From: Nitrospinota bacterium
GTDB lineage: Bacteria > UBA8248
Direction of reading: 5' to 3'
NCBI GenBank assembly: GCA_046581755.1
Contig: JAYGFR010000031.1
Coordinates: 11,039 to 75,038 of the forward strand
DNA: 64,000 bases
In this document: one piece after another, positions 38,944 through 49,881 of the stretch
Position numbering within the stretch: position 1 is the stretch's first letter
Layout: the number at the start of each line of letters is the position of its first letter
Notes under the pieces: generated by a model
Told to the model about the DNA's origin: nothing
Databases searched by the model: none
Seen by the model: only the letters and a program-made list of their open reading frames with translations
Made by a program: the position numbers and the translations under genes

Positions 38944-40125
38944 TCAGCCGCCCTCCATAGCGGTCAGTACTCTCGATACAAAGCCCAGCAGGCGAATGCC
39001 CTCTAAATAACGGCCCCATCTGGTCCCCCCACCGGGGTCCACATGGCTCATGCTTTCAGCCACCATCAGATGGACGCCACCGGCTCCCGGACCTCTCCGC
39101 CGGGCCTCGGCCGCCAGGCGAACGCTCTCCGATGGCGGCACAAAGGGATCCGAACGGCCATGAAGCAAAAACATCGACATCCGGGTCTTCGGAAGCGCCG
39201 CGCGAAGCGACCACTCTTCGAGCATCGCCCGCATCGGACCGGATTGAGCGCCGAAAAGTGCCTCGAAACGGCGCGGATCGCGATTTTCGATCAGCGCGAG
39301 CAGCCGTCTAAACCTCTCGGGCAAGCGGCCTACGGAAGTCGATACATCGGCGCTTTCGTCGGCGATCTTCGCCCGGACAATCCGTTCCAATTCGATTCGG
39401 TAGGCTCCAATTCCGAGTATCCCCATGTTGTACCGGAGAAACAGCCATTTTCCCACCCGGACAGGGGGGCCGCCCGGAAACGCGGGCTCTGCATCCCGCC
39501 CCCCGGTCGTCAGATGGCGAAGCACCGCCTTCAGGTCATAGTACGCGCCCAGGCCGATGAAATATCCGGTCCGCCCTTTTAGTCTTGATCGAGAGGCGGC
39601 CATCATCGCGGGCCCGGCGGCGAACGAGAAGGCGAACAACCCGCAGGCGGTTCCGGGCCGGGAGAATTTTTGGTCCATCCATAAAAAACTTTTCGAGATT
39701 CGCCCGGCATCTTCCCGGTCCGCGCGAAATTGGCGCATTCCCGGAAGCTCGGGCACACCAACCGCGAAGCCCAGGCGGGCCAGGTTCCGGGCGAACGCTG
39801 CCAGCCGGGGATCCCGCCTTCCCAGGTCGGTCATCCCGTGGGCGAGCAGGATGCATCCCCGGACGGCTCCGGGGGGTTCCGGCCCTCCGCCCGGGAGGTA
39901 GAGATCGACCCTGAGGCCTTCAAAATCAGCCGGTAGGCGGCGAGGCGGGGATGTCCACCTCTTGAGCCAGGCGACATCCTCCCCGGCGAATAGCGCCTGC
40001 AAGAGAAAGGCCGCGTCCACCGGATGGCGGGCGGGCGGATAATACCGGGGGACAATGAGGAGAAGAGCGAGCGCAACCAGGCCCAGGCACAGGCGGCGCG
40101 GCCATCTCGGGGTGCTCTGGGGCAT
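38944..40125 (-). CDS. Membrane-anchored alpha/beta hydrolase-fold protein
   Basis: N-terminal TM, LLAHG, AFSFAAG, LLHGRSDPFVP, SHVD. Confidence 0.65.
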   Translation of the reverse strand: MPQSTPRWPRRLCLGLVALALLLIVPRYYPPARHPVDAAFLLQALFAGEDVAWLKRWTSPPRRLPADFEGLRVDLYLPGGGPEPPGAVRGCILLAHGMTDLGRRDPRLAAFARNLARLGFAVGVPELPGMRQFRADREDAGRISKSFLWMDQKFSRPGTACGLFAFSFAAGPAMMAASRSRLKGRTGYFIGLGAYYDLKAVLRHLTTGGRDAEPAFPGGPPVRVGKWLFLRYNMGILGIGAYRIELERIVRAKIADESADVSTSVGRLPERFRRLLALIENRDPRRFEALFGAQSGPMRAMLEEWSLRAALPKTRMSMFLLHGRSDPFVPPSESVRLAAEARRRGPGAGGVHLMVAESMSHVDPGGGTRWGRYLEGIRLLGFVSRVLTAMEGG

Positions 40126-43011
40126 CTACACGGCCTGTTGCTGTTCCAGATAGGCTTTGAGGTAGGCCCCCGTGTGGGATTTTTTCGATTTCGCCACCTC
40201 CTCGGGCGTTCCCTCAGCCACGATGCGGCCTCCTCCTTCGCCGCCCTCGGGACCCAGATCGATAATCCAGTCCGCCGCGCGGATGACATCGAGGTGATGC
40301 TCTATCACCAACACCGTATTCCCCAGCGCAACGAGGCGGAAAAGAACCTCCAGGAGACGCTCGACATCCTGAAAATGCAAACCCGTGGTCGGCTCGTCCA
40401 TGATGTAAAGGACGTTTCGCGGCGGCTTGGTGATCAGCTGGCCCGCGATTTTGAGGCGTTGGGCCTCGCCGCCCGACAGGGTGTTGACCGGCTGCCCGAT
40501 CCGCAAATAGGCCAGGCCCACCTCGCGCAGGACGAAAAGCTTGTTCACGATCGAGGGAACATGATCGAAGAAGAGGATTCCCTCGTCCACGGTCAGGTTG
40601 AGGACTTCGTGAATGTTCAAACCTTTGAAGCGAACCTCCAGCGTCTGGGTCTTGAAGCGCTTCCCCTCGCACTCGGGGCAACGGACGAAGATGTCCGCCA
40701 TGAAATGCATCTCAATCTTCTGGTGTCCGCTTCCGCTGCAGGCCTCGCACCGCCCGCCGGTCGAGTTGAAGGAAAAATGACCGGGGCCGAAACCGAAGCT
40801 CCGTGCCCTCTGCGTATCGGCGAATTGGCGGCGAATTGGATCGTAGGCTTTGATATAGGTGACGGGGTTGCTCCGGGGACTCTTCCCAATGGGGCTCTGG
40901 TCGAGAAGGACGGTGGAGGTGATATTTTCGAAGCCATGAATCTGCTTGAAGCGTCCGATGGGGGTTTTTGAATCGTGGAGGATGCGCGCTAGCACCGGAT
41001 ACAAGGTGTCGTGGATCAGGGTGCTCTTCCCCGAGCCCGACACGCCCGTAATGGCGACGAATTTTCCCAAGGGTATATGGAGGTCCACGTTTTTCAGGTT
41101 GTTTTCGCTGGCCCCGATGAGAGAGAGGCGCTGGCCGTCCCCGCCCGCCTGCTCGCGGGGCCGCCGGGGCTTGATTTGGCGGGTGTTTGCCATGAATTTC
41201 GCAGTCAAGGAATCCTCGCTGGCGGCGAGGTTTTCGAGCGAGCCGGAGTACACCACCTCTCCGCCGCGTTCGCCCGCTCCGGGCCCGAGATCCACCACAT
41301 AATCCGCCTCCGAAATAATGTCCCGGTCATGCTCGACTAGGAGGAGCGTATTTCCGCGCTCGACGAGACCTTTGAGAATTTCGATGAGCCTGCTGTTGTC
41401 CCGCGGATGGAGCCCGATGGTCGGCTCATCCAGGATATACAGCGTTCCCGTCAGGTGGGCGCCTAGCTGTTTGGCCAGGCTGATCCGCTGGTGCTCGCCC
41501 CCGCTGAGGGTGCGCGTCTCGCGGTCGAGGGTGAGGTAGTCCAGCCCGACGTGGTGGAGAAATTCCAGTCGCTCCTCAACCTGCCTTAAAATATCGGCCG
41601 CCCGGTCCGCCTGATCCGGGGGCATTTCCGCATCGCGGAAAAACGCTCGTAGCTTCGAGACCGGCAGGGCGCAGATCTCGGCGATGTTCCGCCCCGCCAG
41701 CCGGACCCAAAGGGCCTCGGGCCGGAGGCGCGTCCCGCCGCAGACGGCGCAATTTTGGAGGCTCTGATAACGGCGGATGAACACTCGGACCCATATCTTG
41801 TATTTCTTCCGCCGGAGGCGTTCGAAAAACGGATAGATCCCAAGCAGGTGCTTCGATCCCTGGAGGACCATTTTTTTATGCTTTTTCGGCAAAACGGCCC
41901 AGGGCCGATGGATATCGAGTCCTTCCTCCTCGGCGGCCGCCTGAAGCTGTTGGCCAAAATAGCGCCGGTAGCGGGGCCGTGTCCAGGGATCGATTGCACC
42001 CTGGGCGAGCGTCCGGTCCGGCTTCGGGATGATGAGGGATTCGTCGAAATTGAGCGTGTTCCCGAACCCCCCGCACTCGACGCAAGCGCCATGCGGATTG
42101 TTGAAGCTGAAGCTCGGCGGGATGGGAGGCTCGAATATCCTTCCGCAGCACTCCAGGCGCTCGTTGAAGGAGCGCATCGGGCCATCCACCACCTGGACCA
42201 CGGCGTTCCTCTCCCCCTCCCGAAAGGCGGTCTCGATCGATTCACCTAGCCGGGCGCGGGATTTTTCCGAAAAAACCAGCCGGTCCACCACAATATAGAT
42301 CGGCACCGCAATCGATCCGTTTTCCTCTGCCTTTTTCCCGGGAACGGCTTTTTTCTTTCCCCGTGTTTTTTCCTTGGGCTTGGGCGGGGGCTTTTTTTGA
42401 GACTCGGGGGCGGGGACAGCGATTTTTCTGATCCGGTCCGCGAGGCCGGGCTCCAGGTTATGGACCTCTCCCTCCACCATGGCGCGGATGAAGCCTTGGG
42501 CCGTCAGGCTGGAAAAGCGATCTTCCAGGTCGCCGAGCAAGGCCAATGGGAGCGGAAACATCACAAATCCCCGCGAATCCGGAAAATTATCGAGTATGTG
42601 TGCCACGGTATTGTCCACCGTAGAGGGCCGGACAGGCTTTCCGCAATCGGGGCAGTGAATTTTTCCGGCCTTGGCGAACAGGAGGCGAACATAATCGTAT
42701 ATTTCCGAGGCTGTCCCGACGGTGGAGCGTGAATGCTTTACGGGATTGTATTGCTGGATGGCGATGGCCGGGCTGATTCCCTCGATCAAGTCTACGTCGG
42801 GCTTGTCCATCCGCTCCAAAAACTGCCGCGCGTAGGTCGAAAGGGATTCGACGTAGCGGCGGTGCCCTTCGGCATAGATGGTATCGAAGGCCAGGGAGGA
42901 TTTTCCCGAACCGCTGGGACCGGTCACGACGATAAACTGCTCGCGGGGAAGACGGAGGGAGATGTTCTTGAGGTTATGCTCCCGCGCTCCCTCGATAATG
43001 ATGTCTTCCAT
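40126..43011 (-). CDS. uvrA: Excinuclease ABC subunit A
   Basis: GAREHNLKN, two Walker A motifs (SGSGKS), LSGGE signatures, zinc fingers. Confidence 0.95.
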   Translation of the reverse strand: MEDIIIEGAREHNLKNISLRLPREQFIVVTGPSGSGKSSLAFDTIYAEGHRRYVESLSTYARQFLERMDKPDVDLIEGISPAIAIQQYNPVKHSRSTVGTASEIYDYVRLLFAKAGKIHCPDCGKPVRPSTVDNTVAHILDNFPDSRGFVMFPLPLALLGDLEDRFSSLTAQGFIRAMVEGEVHNLEPGLADRIRKIAVPAPESQKKPPPKPKEKTRGKKKAVPGKKAEENGSIAVPIYIVVDRLVFSEKSRARLGESIETAFREGERNAVVQVVDGPMRSFNERLECCGRIFEPPIPPSFSFNNPHGACVECGGFGNTLNFDESLIIPKPDRTLAQGAIDPWTRPRYRRYFGQQLQAAAEEEGLDIHRPWAVLPKKHKKMVLQGSKHLLGIYPFFERLRRKKYKIWVRVFIRRYQSLQNCAVCGGTRLRPEALWVRLAGRNIAEICALPVSKLRAFFRDAEMPPDQADRAADILRQVEERLEFLHHVGLDYLTLDRETRTLSGGEHQRISLAKQLGAHLTGTLYILDEPTIGLHPRDNSRLIEILKGLVERGNTLLLVEHDRDIISEADYVVDLGPGAGERGGEVVYSGSLENLAASEDSLTAKFMANTRQIKPRRPREQAGGDGQRLSLIGASENNLKNVDLHIPLGKFVAITGVSGSGKSTLIHDTLYPVLARILHDSKTPIGRFKQIHGFENITSTVLLDQSPIGKSPRSNPVTYIKAYDPIRRQFADTQRARSFGFGPGHFSFNSTGGRCEACSGSGHQKIEMHFMADIFVRCPECEGKRFKTQTLEVRFKGLNIHEVLNLTVDEGILFFDHVPSIVNKLFVLREVGLAYLRIGQPVNTLSGGEAQRLKIAGQLITKPPRNVLYIMDEPTTGLHFQDVERLLEVLFRLVALGNTVLVIEHHLDVIRAADWIIDLGPEGGEGGGRIVAEGTPEEVAKSKKSHTGAYLKAYLEQQQAV

Positions 43012-43148
43012 GCCAGATAATCCCGAATCGATCAGAGCGTTTGATGTAGGACCGCAGAGTAACCCTACAAGTATGGTCGGGTGGGTTCTTCGGTGTCAAC
43101 GGTAGGGCTATGGTATATTGAGGCGGCCATAAAGGAGGGATTCGGCGA

Positions 43149-43709
43149 ATGCAAAAGCGCATTGCCGCGTGTTTCGGCATCCTTGCAGCAGCCGCCGCCC
43201 TGGCGGGATGCGGAACCCGCTACGAGCGCTTCATCTCATCGCGTCCCGGCGGCGGGATCGTCCGGATTATCGCCAAGCCAAGCCAGATCGTATTTCCGGC
43301 AGCGCTCCGGGTCATGCACGACACAGGGGAGGAAATCTGGGAGGCCGATTAAAAGGCCGGCCGGATCGTCTCTATCAGCGCCCTCGGCCCGCGGGCCGTT
43401 TTTTTCACCCCCCTTTCCCATGGCAGGACCCGGGTCGAAATCTCCTCCGACCTACCCAGTTCCTTCTTCAGAGGGGGTATCGTCGGGCCAGGCAATTTTT
43501 TTATTTTGCTGCGAGAACAGATCGTCGCCTAAGAGAAGAAGGCGGGATTCAGAAAATCAGAACTCAAAAAAAGAAAAGTCGATGCCGACCTTCGAACGAA
43601 ATTCAAGCAGAAAGTAACTCCCGAGGAAGAGCGCCCTCCGGCCGCGGAGCCGGCGCCCCCGCCCGCGCCGCCGGGCCGGTTTCAAAGGTTCCGGAGAAGA
43701 TACAACTAG
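43149..43709 (+). pseudogene. Putative lipoprotein with two in-frame TAA stops (43350, 43530)
   Basis: AAGGAGG RBS, lipobox ALAGC; the frame reads as plausible protein through both stops to TAG 43707. Confidence 0.5.
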
Positions 43710-43733
43710 CCTCCCCGCCCGGCCGGTGAAATC

Positions 43734-44519
43734 TTAAATCGCCTTCAGGCGGCCTCCGTCCACCAAAATATACCCGCCCGTGATGTAGCTCGCCCCTGGC
43801 GAGACCAAAAAACCCACCATCGCACCGAATTCATCCGGCTCCCCAAGCCGGCCGAGCGGAATCTGCTTGGTGGCCACGGCCAGGGATTCTTCGAGCGAGA
43901 TATTTTTCTTTTTCGAGAAGGCGGCGCGGTTCTGTCTCACCCGGTCGGTCAGAACCGCACCGGGAGCCACCACATTAACCAGAATTCCATCGCCGGCCAG
44001 TTCGCGGGAGAGGAATTTCGACAGCCCCGCCACAGCGGGCCGCATCACGTTCGAAAGAGTCAAGTTCGGGATGGGCTCCCGAACCGAGCCGGAAAGATTA
44101 AAAATAATCCGGTCGTATCCGCGCCCTTTCATATGTGGCAAGACGGCATCGACAAGACGCACCGCGCTCATGACGCTCAATTCGAACGCACGGCGCCAGT
44201 CATCGTCCGAAAAGTCATTAAACTCACCCGGCGGCGGGCCGCCCGCATTCGACACCAGAACATCCACCCCTCCGAAATGTCCCGCCCCGCCCTCGATGAA
44301 ATATTTTACGCCTTCCACCGTGCCGATACCGGCCGCACAATGCCAGGTTTCGATATCCGCCTCTTTTGAAATATCTTCCGCGGCGGCGGCGGCCTCATCG
44401 GCATTTCGTGAGAACAACCCGATCTTCGCCCCTCGGCGGGCCATCGACAGCGCCGACGCACGTCCGAGACCTTTGCTGGCCGCGGATACAAGAGCGACCT
44501 TCCCTTCCATATTTCGCAT
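43734..44519 (-). CDS. SDR-family oxidoreductase
   Basis: AASKGLG, NAGGPPPG, LSNVMR, IPLGRLGEP. Confidence 0.88.
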   Translation of the reverse strand: MRNMEGKVALVSAASKGLGRASALSMARRGAKIGLFSRNADEAAAAAEDISKEADIETWHCAAGIGTVEGVKYFIEGGAGHFGGVDVLVSNAGGPPPGEFNDFSDDDWRRAFELSVMSAVRLVDAVLPHMKGRGYDRIIFNLSGSVREPIPNLTLSNVMRPAVAGLSKFLSRELAGDGILVNVVAPGAVLTDRVRQNRAAFSKKKNISLEESLAVATKQIPLGRLGEPDEFGAMVGFLVSPGASYITGGYILVDGGRLKAI

Positions 44520-44534
44520 CAAATACCTCCCACG

Positions 44535-44963
44535 TTAGGAATCATTGCCTTCGGCGATCTCGACGAAATAGCGCATCACGTCGATTTCGGTAATGATTCC
44601 AAGTAGTTCACGGTCATTGTTGACCACGGGAAGACACCCGATTCTCATCTCGAGCATGCGCTTGGCCGCGTGCACGACTGGCTCGTTCGGATCGGCCAGC
44701 TTCACATCCTTGACCATCACCTTCTCGACATCGGTAGCCTCTAGCAGCTCTTTGCGATCCTCTTTGGAGAAATTGATCCCCGAGGAAAGTTTCGCGCGGA
44801 GCAGGTCTCGTTGGGTCACCAGGCCGACGACAAAACCCCCTTTAGTCACCGGCATGTGGCGGATATCTCCACTCGACATGATCTCATCGACGAGATCCAG
44901 TTTTTCATCGAGGCTGATGGTGACAACGCCCGTGGTCATAATTTTACTGACACGTTCATCCAA
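44535..44963 (-). CDS. CBS domain pair protein
   Basis: IRHMPV, IGCLPVV, GIITEID. Confidence 0.85.
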   Translation of the reverse strand: MDERVSKIMTTGVVTISLDEKLDLVDEIMSSGDIRHMPVTKGGFVVGLVTQRDLLRAKLSSGINFSKEDRKELLEATDVEKVMVKDVKLADPNEPVVHAAKRMLEMRIGCLPVVNNDRELLGIITEIDVMRYFVEIAEGNDS

Positions 44964-44984
44964 AAATTTCCCCCCTGGCGCCGG

Positions 44985-45851
44985 TCAAGAACCGCCTCCA
45001 CCTCCCCGGGGTACGGCGAGAACCAGCGCCGGCACAATTCTTCCAGCCAAGAAAGTCAAATATCCATCTCCCTGAACCACCAACTGGGAACTCGACCCCC
45101 CATCGAGGTTCATCGCCTCAATTGCCCCCAGGCCGCCATCCGGCTCGGAGCGGACCAAAAAATTCTGAAGTTCGCACCAGGAGATCCCGCGCCCGATTTC
45201 CTCGCTCACCATGAAAATGAGGCGCCCTTTTTCCCCGAATGCCAAGATCGTCCGCCTGTCCGCTCGGCGGTACTCGCGGTATGCGTCCAGCCCGGGGTCG
45301 GGCCGCCCCCCGCGCACGAGATAGGGGCCGGCCTGAAACGCCTCCCGAACCCCTTTCGAATCGAAATCCTCGCGGGTTGCGATACCCACCTTTCCGGAAC
45401 CTTTCAAGACGTAAAAAACCGCTCCCAAGTGAAGCGCCCGCCGCCGTCCCCGGAAAAGAAGGCGGCTGTTGAAAATCGTATCGGCCGTGCGGAAGTAGCC
45501 GAGCGGCCTTCCTTTTTCGTCGAAATATCCCGCGTTCACCACAACGGCGGCCTTGGTCATCTGCGCAATTATGCGCACGGCCTCGGACCTTATATTTTTG
45601 CCCGCCTGCCACCTGAGCCGAATATCGAATTGATCCGGATCGAGCCGCGCCGCGGTCATCCTTGAGGTGGTGCCATCCTCGAAACGGATTTGAATCTTTC
45701 TGACTTCCATCCCCGGGCCAATGGTGCGCCAAGTGTTTATTCCGCCTACCAAGCGGGTCTTACAGCCATCTTCCGAAGCATGGGCGGTGGCAACGGCGGC
45801 GATGAAAATCGCCGCCGCGAAGGACAACCCGGCATTCCGGAATTTGACCAC
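44985..45851 (-). CDS. Phosphodiester glycosidase (NAGPA-like) exported protein
   Basis: Signal peptide; VNAGYF, QAGP.LV, AMNLDGGSS. Confidence 0.8.
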   Translation of the reverse strand: MVKFRNAGLSFAAAIFIAAVATAHASEDGCKTRLVGGINTWRTIGPGMEVRKIQIRFEDGTTSRMTAARLDPDQFDIRLRWQAGKNIRSEAVRIIAQMTKAAVVVNAGYFDEKGRPLGYFRTADTIFNSRLLFRGRRRALHLGAVFYVLKGSGKVGIATREDFDSKGVREAFQAGPYLVRGGRPDPGLDAYREYRRADRRTILAFGEKGRLIFMVSEEIGRGISWCELQNFLVRSEPDGGLGAIEAMNLDGGSSSQLVVQGDGYLTFLAGRIVPALVLAVPRGGGGGS

Positions 45852-45914
45852 GGCCCCCCCCCCTTCGCTCCCTACCAGCGTATTATGAGCCTTTCCTGAC
45901 GACGAAGCCCCCCG

Positions 45915-47564
45915 TCAAAATCCAACGGCGCAACCGTCCCTGCGATGGTCCGACCCGCCCATGTAAGCGTCCCCCGGCATGCGAACAATCCCCTGCCCGC
46001 CTCCGAAGCCCTCGTAACCGCCGCTCCGAGCCACATCGTGGCCTCTTTCGCGAAGGTCTTCGAGCACATCGTCCGGAACGCCGCCCTCGATGGCGACCTC
46101 CCGGCCCTCCAGGATGCGAAACCGGGGCGCCTCGATAGCCTCCTGAATGTTCATGCCAAAATCCACCATGTTGGACAGGACCTGGACATGGCCCTGGGGC
46201 TGCATGTCACCTCCCATGATGCCGTAGCTCATCCACGGCTCACCGTCCTTCATCACGAATCCGGGGATGATGGTATGAAACGGCCGCTTCCCGGGCGCGA
46301 TGCAATTGAGATGGCCCTCCTCCAGTTCGAAGCCGAAACCTCGACTCTGGAGCATGATCCCCGTATCGCCCGCCGTGACGCCGGATCCGAAATGATGGAA
46401 AAGGCTGTTGATGAAGGAGCACATGTTTCCGTCGCGGTCTGCGGTGGTGAGATAGATCGTGTTGCTCGATCTCGGCGGGGAGCCGGAAACAGGATCGCCG
46501 GCCACGTCCGCCAGAATCAATTCGCGCCGGCTTTCGGCATACGCCTTGGACAAAAGCCCCTCCAGAGGGACTTCGGCCTGCGCCATATCGGTGATGTACT
46601 TCCCCCTGTCCGCGAAGGAGAGCTTCATCGCCTCGATGAGACGGTGGAGATGATCCGCACAGCCGTAGCTGTAATCCGACAGCGGATACCCTTCGAGAAT
46701 GTTCATGCAAATGAGAGCGGCAAGCCCCTGGCCGTTCGGAGGAATCTCGCAAAGCTCATAACCCCGGTAGTTCGTCCGGATGGGCTCGACCCAGGTGCAG
46801 CGGGTGTCCGCGAAATCCTCCATTTCGAACAGGCCGCCCAGTTCCCCCGAAGCGGCTACAATCGCCTCGGCCACCGGCCCGTGGTAGAAGGCTTCTCTTC
46901 CGCCATCGGCCAGGAGCCGGAACGTGGCGGCCAGATTTGGATTCCGGAACACTTCACCCACCTTCGGCGCCCGCCCGCCAGGAAGATAGGTCCGCTTCGA
47001 GGCTTCGAAGGAGGAGAGTTTCTCTTCCTGCATTCGCCAGGCGTTTCCGATGATGGGCGTCACCGGAAATCCATTTTCCGCGTAATGGATGGCCGGGGCC
47101 AGCAGATCGGTCATCGATTTTTTTCCGCTCCCGAACCGATCGAGCGCCGAGCACCAGCCGTCGAACGCGCCCGGCACGGTGACCGCAAAAATCCCCTTCT
47201 GGGGAGCGATGGTGAACCCCTCGCTCCGGTAGCGCTCCAGGGTGGCGGCGCGGGGGGAGCGGCCGCTCGCGTTCAGGCCGGCAAGTTGCTTCTGGGCGGC
47301 ATCCCAATAGATCAGGAACATGTCGCCGCCGATGCCGGTGGACTGGGGCTCCACTACGTTGAGCGCGGCCGCGCCGGCGATGGCGGCGTCCATCGCGTTC
47401 CCTCCCTCCCGGAGGATCTGAAGGGCCGCAATGGCGGCGAGGGGCTGGCTGGTCGCCACCATTCCCTCTTGCGACAGGACCGGAGAGCGGCCCGCGGGCA
47501 AGGAGGTTTTCGTTGTCGGCGGCAGCCTTTTTGTTTTCGAGTCCAAAAGCATTGTCTGGCTCAT
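45915..47564 (-). CDS. ggt: Gamma-glutamyltransferase
   Basis: GGNAMDAA, GIGGDMF, PPNGQG, NTIYL autocleavage Thr, PGKRPFHTIIP, GGDMQPQGH. Confidence 0.92.
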   Translation of the reverse strand: MSQTMLLDSKTKRLPPTTKTSLPAGRSPVLSQEGMVATSQPLAAIAALQILREGGNAMDAAIAGAAALNVVEPQSTGIGGDMFLIYWDAAQKQLAGLNASGRSPRAATLERYRSEGFTIAPQKGIFAVTVPGAFDGWCSALDRFGSGKKSMTDLLAPAIHYAENGFPVTPIIGNAWRMQEEKLSSFEASKRTYLPGGRAPKVGEVFRNPNLAATFRLLADGGREAFYHGPVAEAIVAASGELGGLFEMEDFADTRCTWVEPIRTNYRGYELCEIPPNGQGLAALICMNILEGYPLSDYSYGCADHLHRLIEAMKLSFADRGKYITDMAQAEVPLEGLLSKAYAESRRELILADVAGDPVSGSPPRSSNTIYLTTADRDGNMCSFINSLFHHFGSGVTAGDTGIMLQSRGFGFELEEGHLNCIAPGKRPFHTIIPGFVMKDGEPWMSYGIMGGDMQPQGHVQVLSNMVDFGMNIQEAIEAPRFRILEGREVAIEGGVPDDVLEDLRERGHDVARSGGYEGFGGGQGIVRMPGDAYMGGSDHRRDGCAVGF

Positions 47565-47584
47565 TCGAAAAATAACTCCAAGCA

Positions 47585-48649
47585 CTAAAAAGAATCGGGG
47601 GGGGGTTGTCCCTTCAGGAACACGGACTCAATACATCTTTCGCCGTCCGGCGAGACGGCGAGGGCATCCGGCCCGACGATGCACCGCTCCAAGGATACCT
47701 TCTCCCCGACCTCCGCCCCAGGAAACAACACCGAATGTACGACCGAGGCGCCCTCGCCCAGAGTAGCACCGCCTCCCAAAACCGCGAAAGGGCCGGCGGA
47801 GGCTCCCCGGCCCAGGCGCACCCCTTTTCCGATCAGAACGGGCGGATGGACCACGCCCCCGCCCCAATCCATGGAGGGCCCTTCCACCAGCACATCCCCT
47901 CCGGCGGGCCAATCCATCCCGGGGACAAACCGCCCGGCGAGCAGATCGTCTGCGGCATCCAGATACCGTGCCGGCGTGCCAACGTCGGCCCAGTAGGAAT
48001 TCGTCACCAGCGCGCCGATGAGGGCGCCCCCTTCGATCAAGGGGGGATACACCTCCTCGGAAATCCCGCAAGGACGCCCCGGGGGGATGTGGTCGAGAAA
48101 TTCTGGAGATAAAACGCTCTGCCCGGTAAACATCCCCTCGGTCAGGGCGCCGGCGGGCTGGCCGGGCGCCTCGGCCCGGAGAAACCTCCGGAGCCGCCCC
48201 GCCTTATCCACGGCCAGTAGACCGAATTTTTCCGCTTCCGGCGACGTGCGCAAAACCAGTGTCGCCAGGAATCCGCCCGCCTGATGGCGGGCCAGCGCCA
48301 CCTCCAGATCGGCATTGCTTATGATATCGGCGTTTAATACGAAAAACGGCCCGCCAGTCTCCCGCAGGAAGGCTTCCGCCTGTTTAATCCCACCCGCCGT
48401 TCCCAATATCTCGGGCTCGAACGAGTAGCGGATCTCTACGCCACAGGCCGATTCCCCGAGTTCTGCCCGAATCGCCTCGGCCCGGTGATGGAGGTTCACG
48501 ACGGCTTCCTTCACGCCCGCCCGGCGGAGCCTGTCCAGAGCAAACCGGATCACCGGCACGCCGCCCAGAGGCAAGAGCAGCTTGGGCACCGATTCGCCGA
48601 GCGAGCCCATCCGGACGCCGAGGCCCGCCGCTAGGACAAAAGCGCGCAT
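47585..48649 (-). CDS. NDP-sugar pyrophosphorylase (nucleotidyltransferase plus hexapeptide repeats)
   Basis: LAAGLG.RM, PK.LLP, E...LGTAGG, WADVGTP. Confidence 0.85.
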   Translation of the reverse strand: MRAFVLAAGLGVRMGSLGESVPKLLLPLGGVPVIRFALDRLRRAGVKEAVVNLHHRAEAIRAELGESACGVEIRYSFEPEILGTAGGIKQAEAFLRETGGPFFVLNADIISNADLEVALARHQAGGFLATLVLRTSPEAEKFGLLAVDKAGRLRRFLRAEAPGQPAGALTEGMFTGQSVLSPEFLDHIPPGRPCGISEEVYPPLIEGGALIGALVTNSYWADVGTPARYLDAADDLLAGRFVPGMDWPAGGDVLVEGPSMDWGGGVVHPPVLIGKGVRLGRGASAGPFAVLGGGATLGEGASVVHSVLFPGAEVGEKVSLERCIVGPDALAVSPDGERCIESVFLKGQPPPDSF

Positions 48650-48824
48650 CGCCAGCCCAAAATGAACCTCTCCAAATGGCGGCGAACGATTTCATGCCAC
48701 AGGCACCCCGCCCGGCCGAAAGCAATGGCGCAATTTCTTTCAATCGGCATGGGTCAAAGCCGCCTGTCCGGGGGGGGCGAATGTGAAAAGATGGATTCGC
48801 ACGGACGGCCGCTGGACCGGTGTC

Positions 48825-49730
48825 TTAATCGGAGGAATTCCCGTTTTTCCTGCGGCGGAAGAACGATTGGATCTCATCCGCAAGCTCTTCGCCCGAGGGC
48901 AACTCCTCGGGTTCCGTGCCTTGGGCTTCCTCGTCTTCGTCCAGGTCCTTCTTGGCCCGGGTATTCCACAGATCCGTCTGGGAGAGAAGGCGAGCAATTC
49001 CGGGCCGATCTTCGATGGCTTCCTTTATCTGGGAATCAAACTGATCCACCGACTTTTGCAGTTCGCTCAGGTCGAACCGAACCTCTCCAGTGGCCCCGAG
49101 ACGATCCAGAAGGGCATGAGCCGCCTTTGGATTCGGCAGCGAGGAGATGTAATGCGGGATATTGGCCCAAAGGCTCACCGCCGGAATCCGCGCATTCTGG
49201 AACTGGGTATGAATCACGCCCACGATGCCGGTCGGACCCTCGTATTTGGTTGCCGCCACCCCGGTGCGATCCGCCAGGCTGGGGTCGGTCGCCAGGCAAA
49301 CCAATTCGGGCGGTTCGGTGTGGGACAGTCCTGCCAGCAAGGCACCCATGGTCACCGCCAGGCGCGATTTGCACACCTGGACAAGTTCGAGAACATCCTG
49401 GCTGAACGTCTTCCACCTGAGTTGCGGCTCCACACCGACGCACACCACCAGGTCGCGCGATAGGTCCGGATGCTTGCAATAATAAAACGCGTTCTCGGGC
49501 CAGGAGATCTTACGGTTTCCATCCCTATCGAGCCGGACGAGGGGCCGTTGGTCCGAATACTGAAAAAATTCATCCGGTCCAAACCACGCGAAGCGCTTGC
49601 CTCTGTATTGATTGATCAGGAACCGCGCGGCGATGGTCGCCGACCGGGCGGCATCGTTCCATCCCTCAAAAGCCAGAACAAACATCGGATCGCGGAGTTC
49701 TGGAAGGATCTCGATGTGAAGATTTTTCAT
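48825..49730 (-). CDS. PAC2 (proteasome assembly chaperone) family protein
   Basis: AFEGWNDA, GVEP.LRW, YEGPTGIVGV, WANIPHY...PNPKA. Confidence 0.85.
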   Translation of the reverse strand: MKNLHIEILPELRDPMFVLAFEGWNDAARSATIAARFLINQYRGKRFAWFGPDEFFQYSDQRPLVRLDRDGNRKISWPENAFYYCKHPDLSRDLVVCVGVEPQLRWKTFSQDVLELVQVCKSRLAVTMGALLAGLSHTEPPELVCLATDPSLADRTGVAATKYEGPTGIVGVIHTQFQNARIPAVSLWANIPHYISSLPNPKAAHALLDRLGATGEVRFDLSELQKSVDQFDSQIKEAIEDRPGIARLLSQTDLWNTRAKKDLDEDEEAQGTEPEELPSGEELADEIQSFFRRRKNGNSSD

Positions 49731-49881
49731 TGTGGAATTCTCTCCGGATCAGGCAGCCGGCCGGTAACAGGCCCCATATCGGAATTTCATTTTACCCTCG
49801 GCTCCCGGCTCACCTCAAGGCAAGCCCGGGAAGAGGGCGGGCGAAACCCGCTATCTGACACCGGACATTCGCTTTCAGGAC

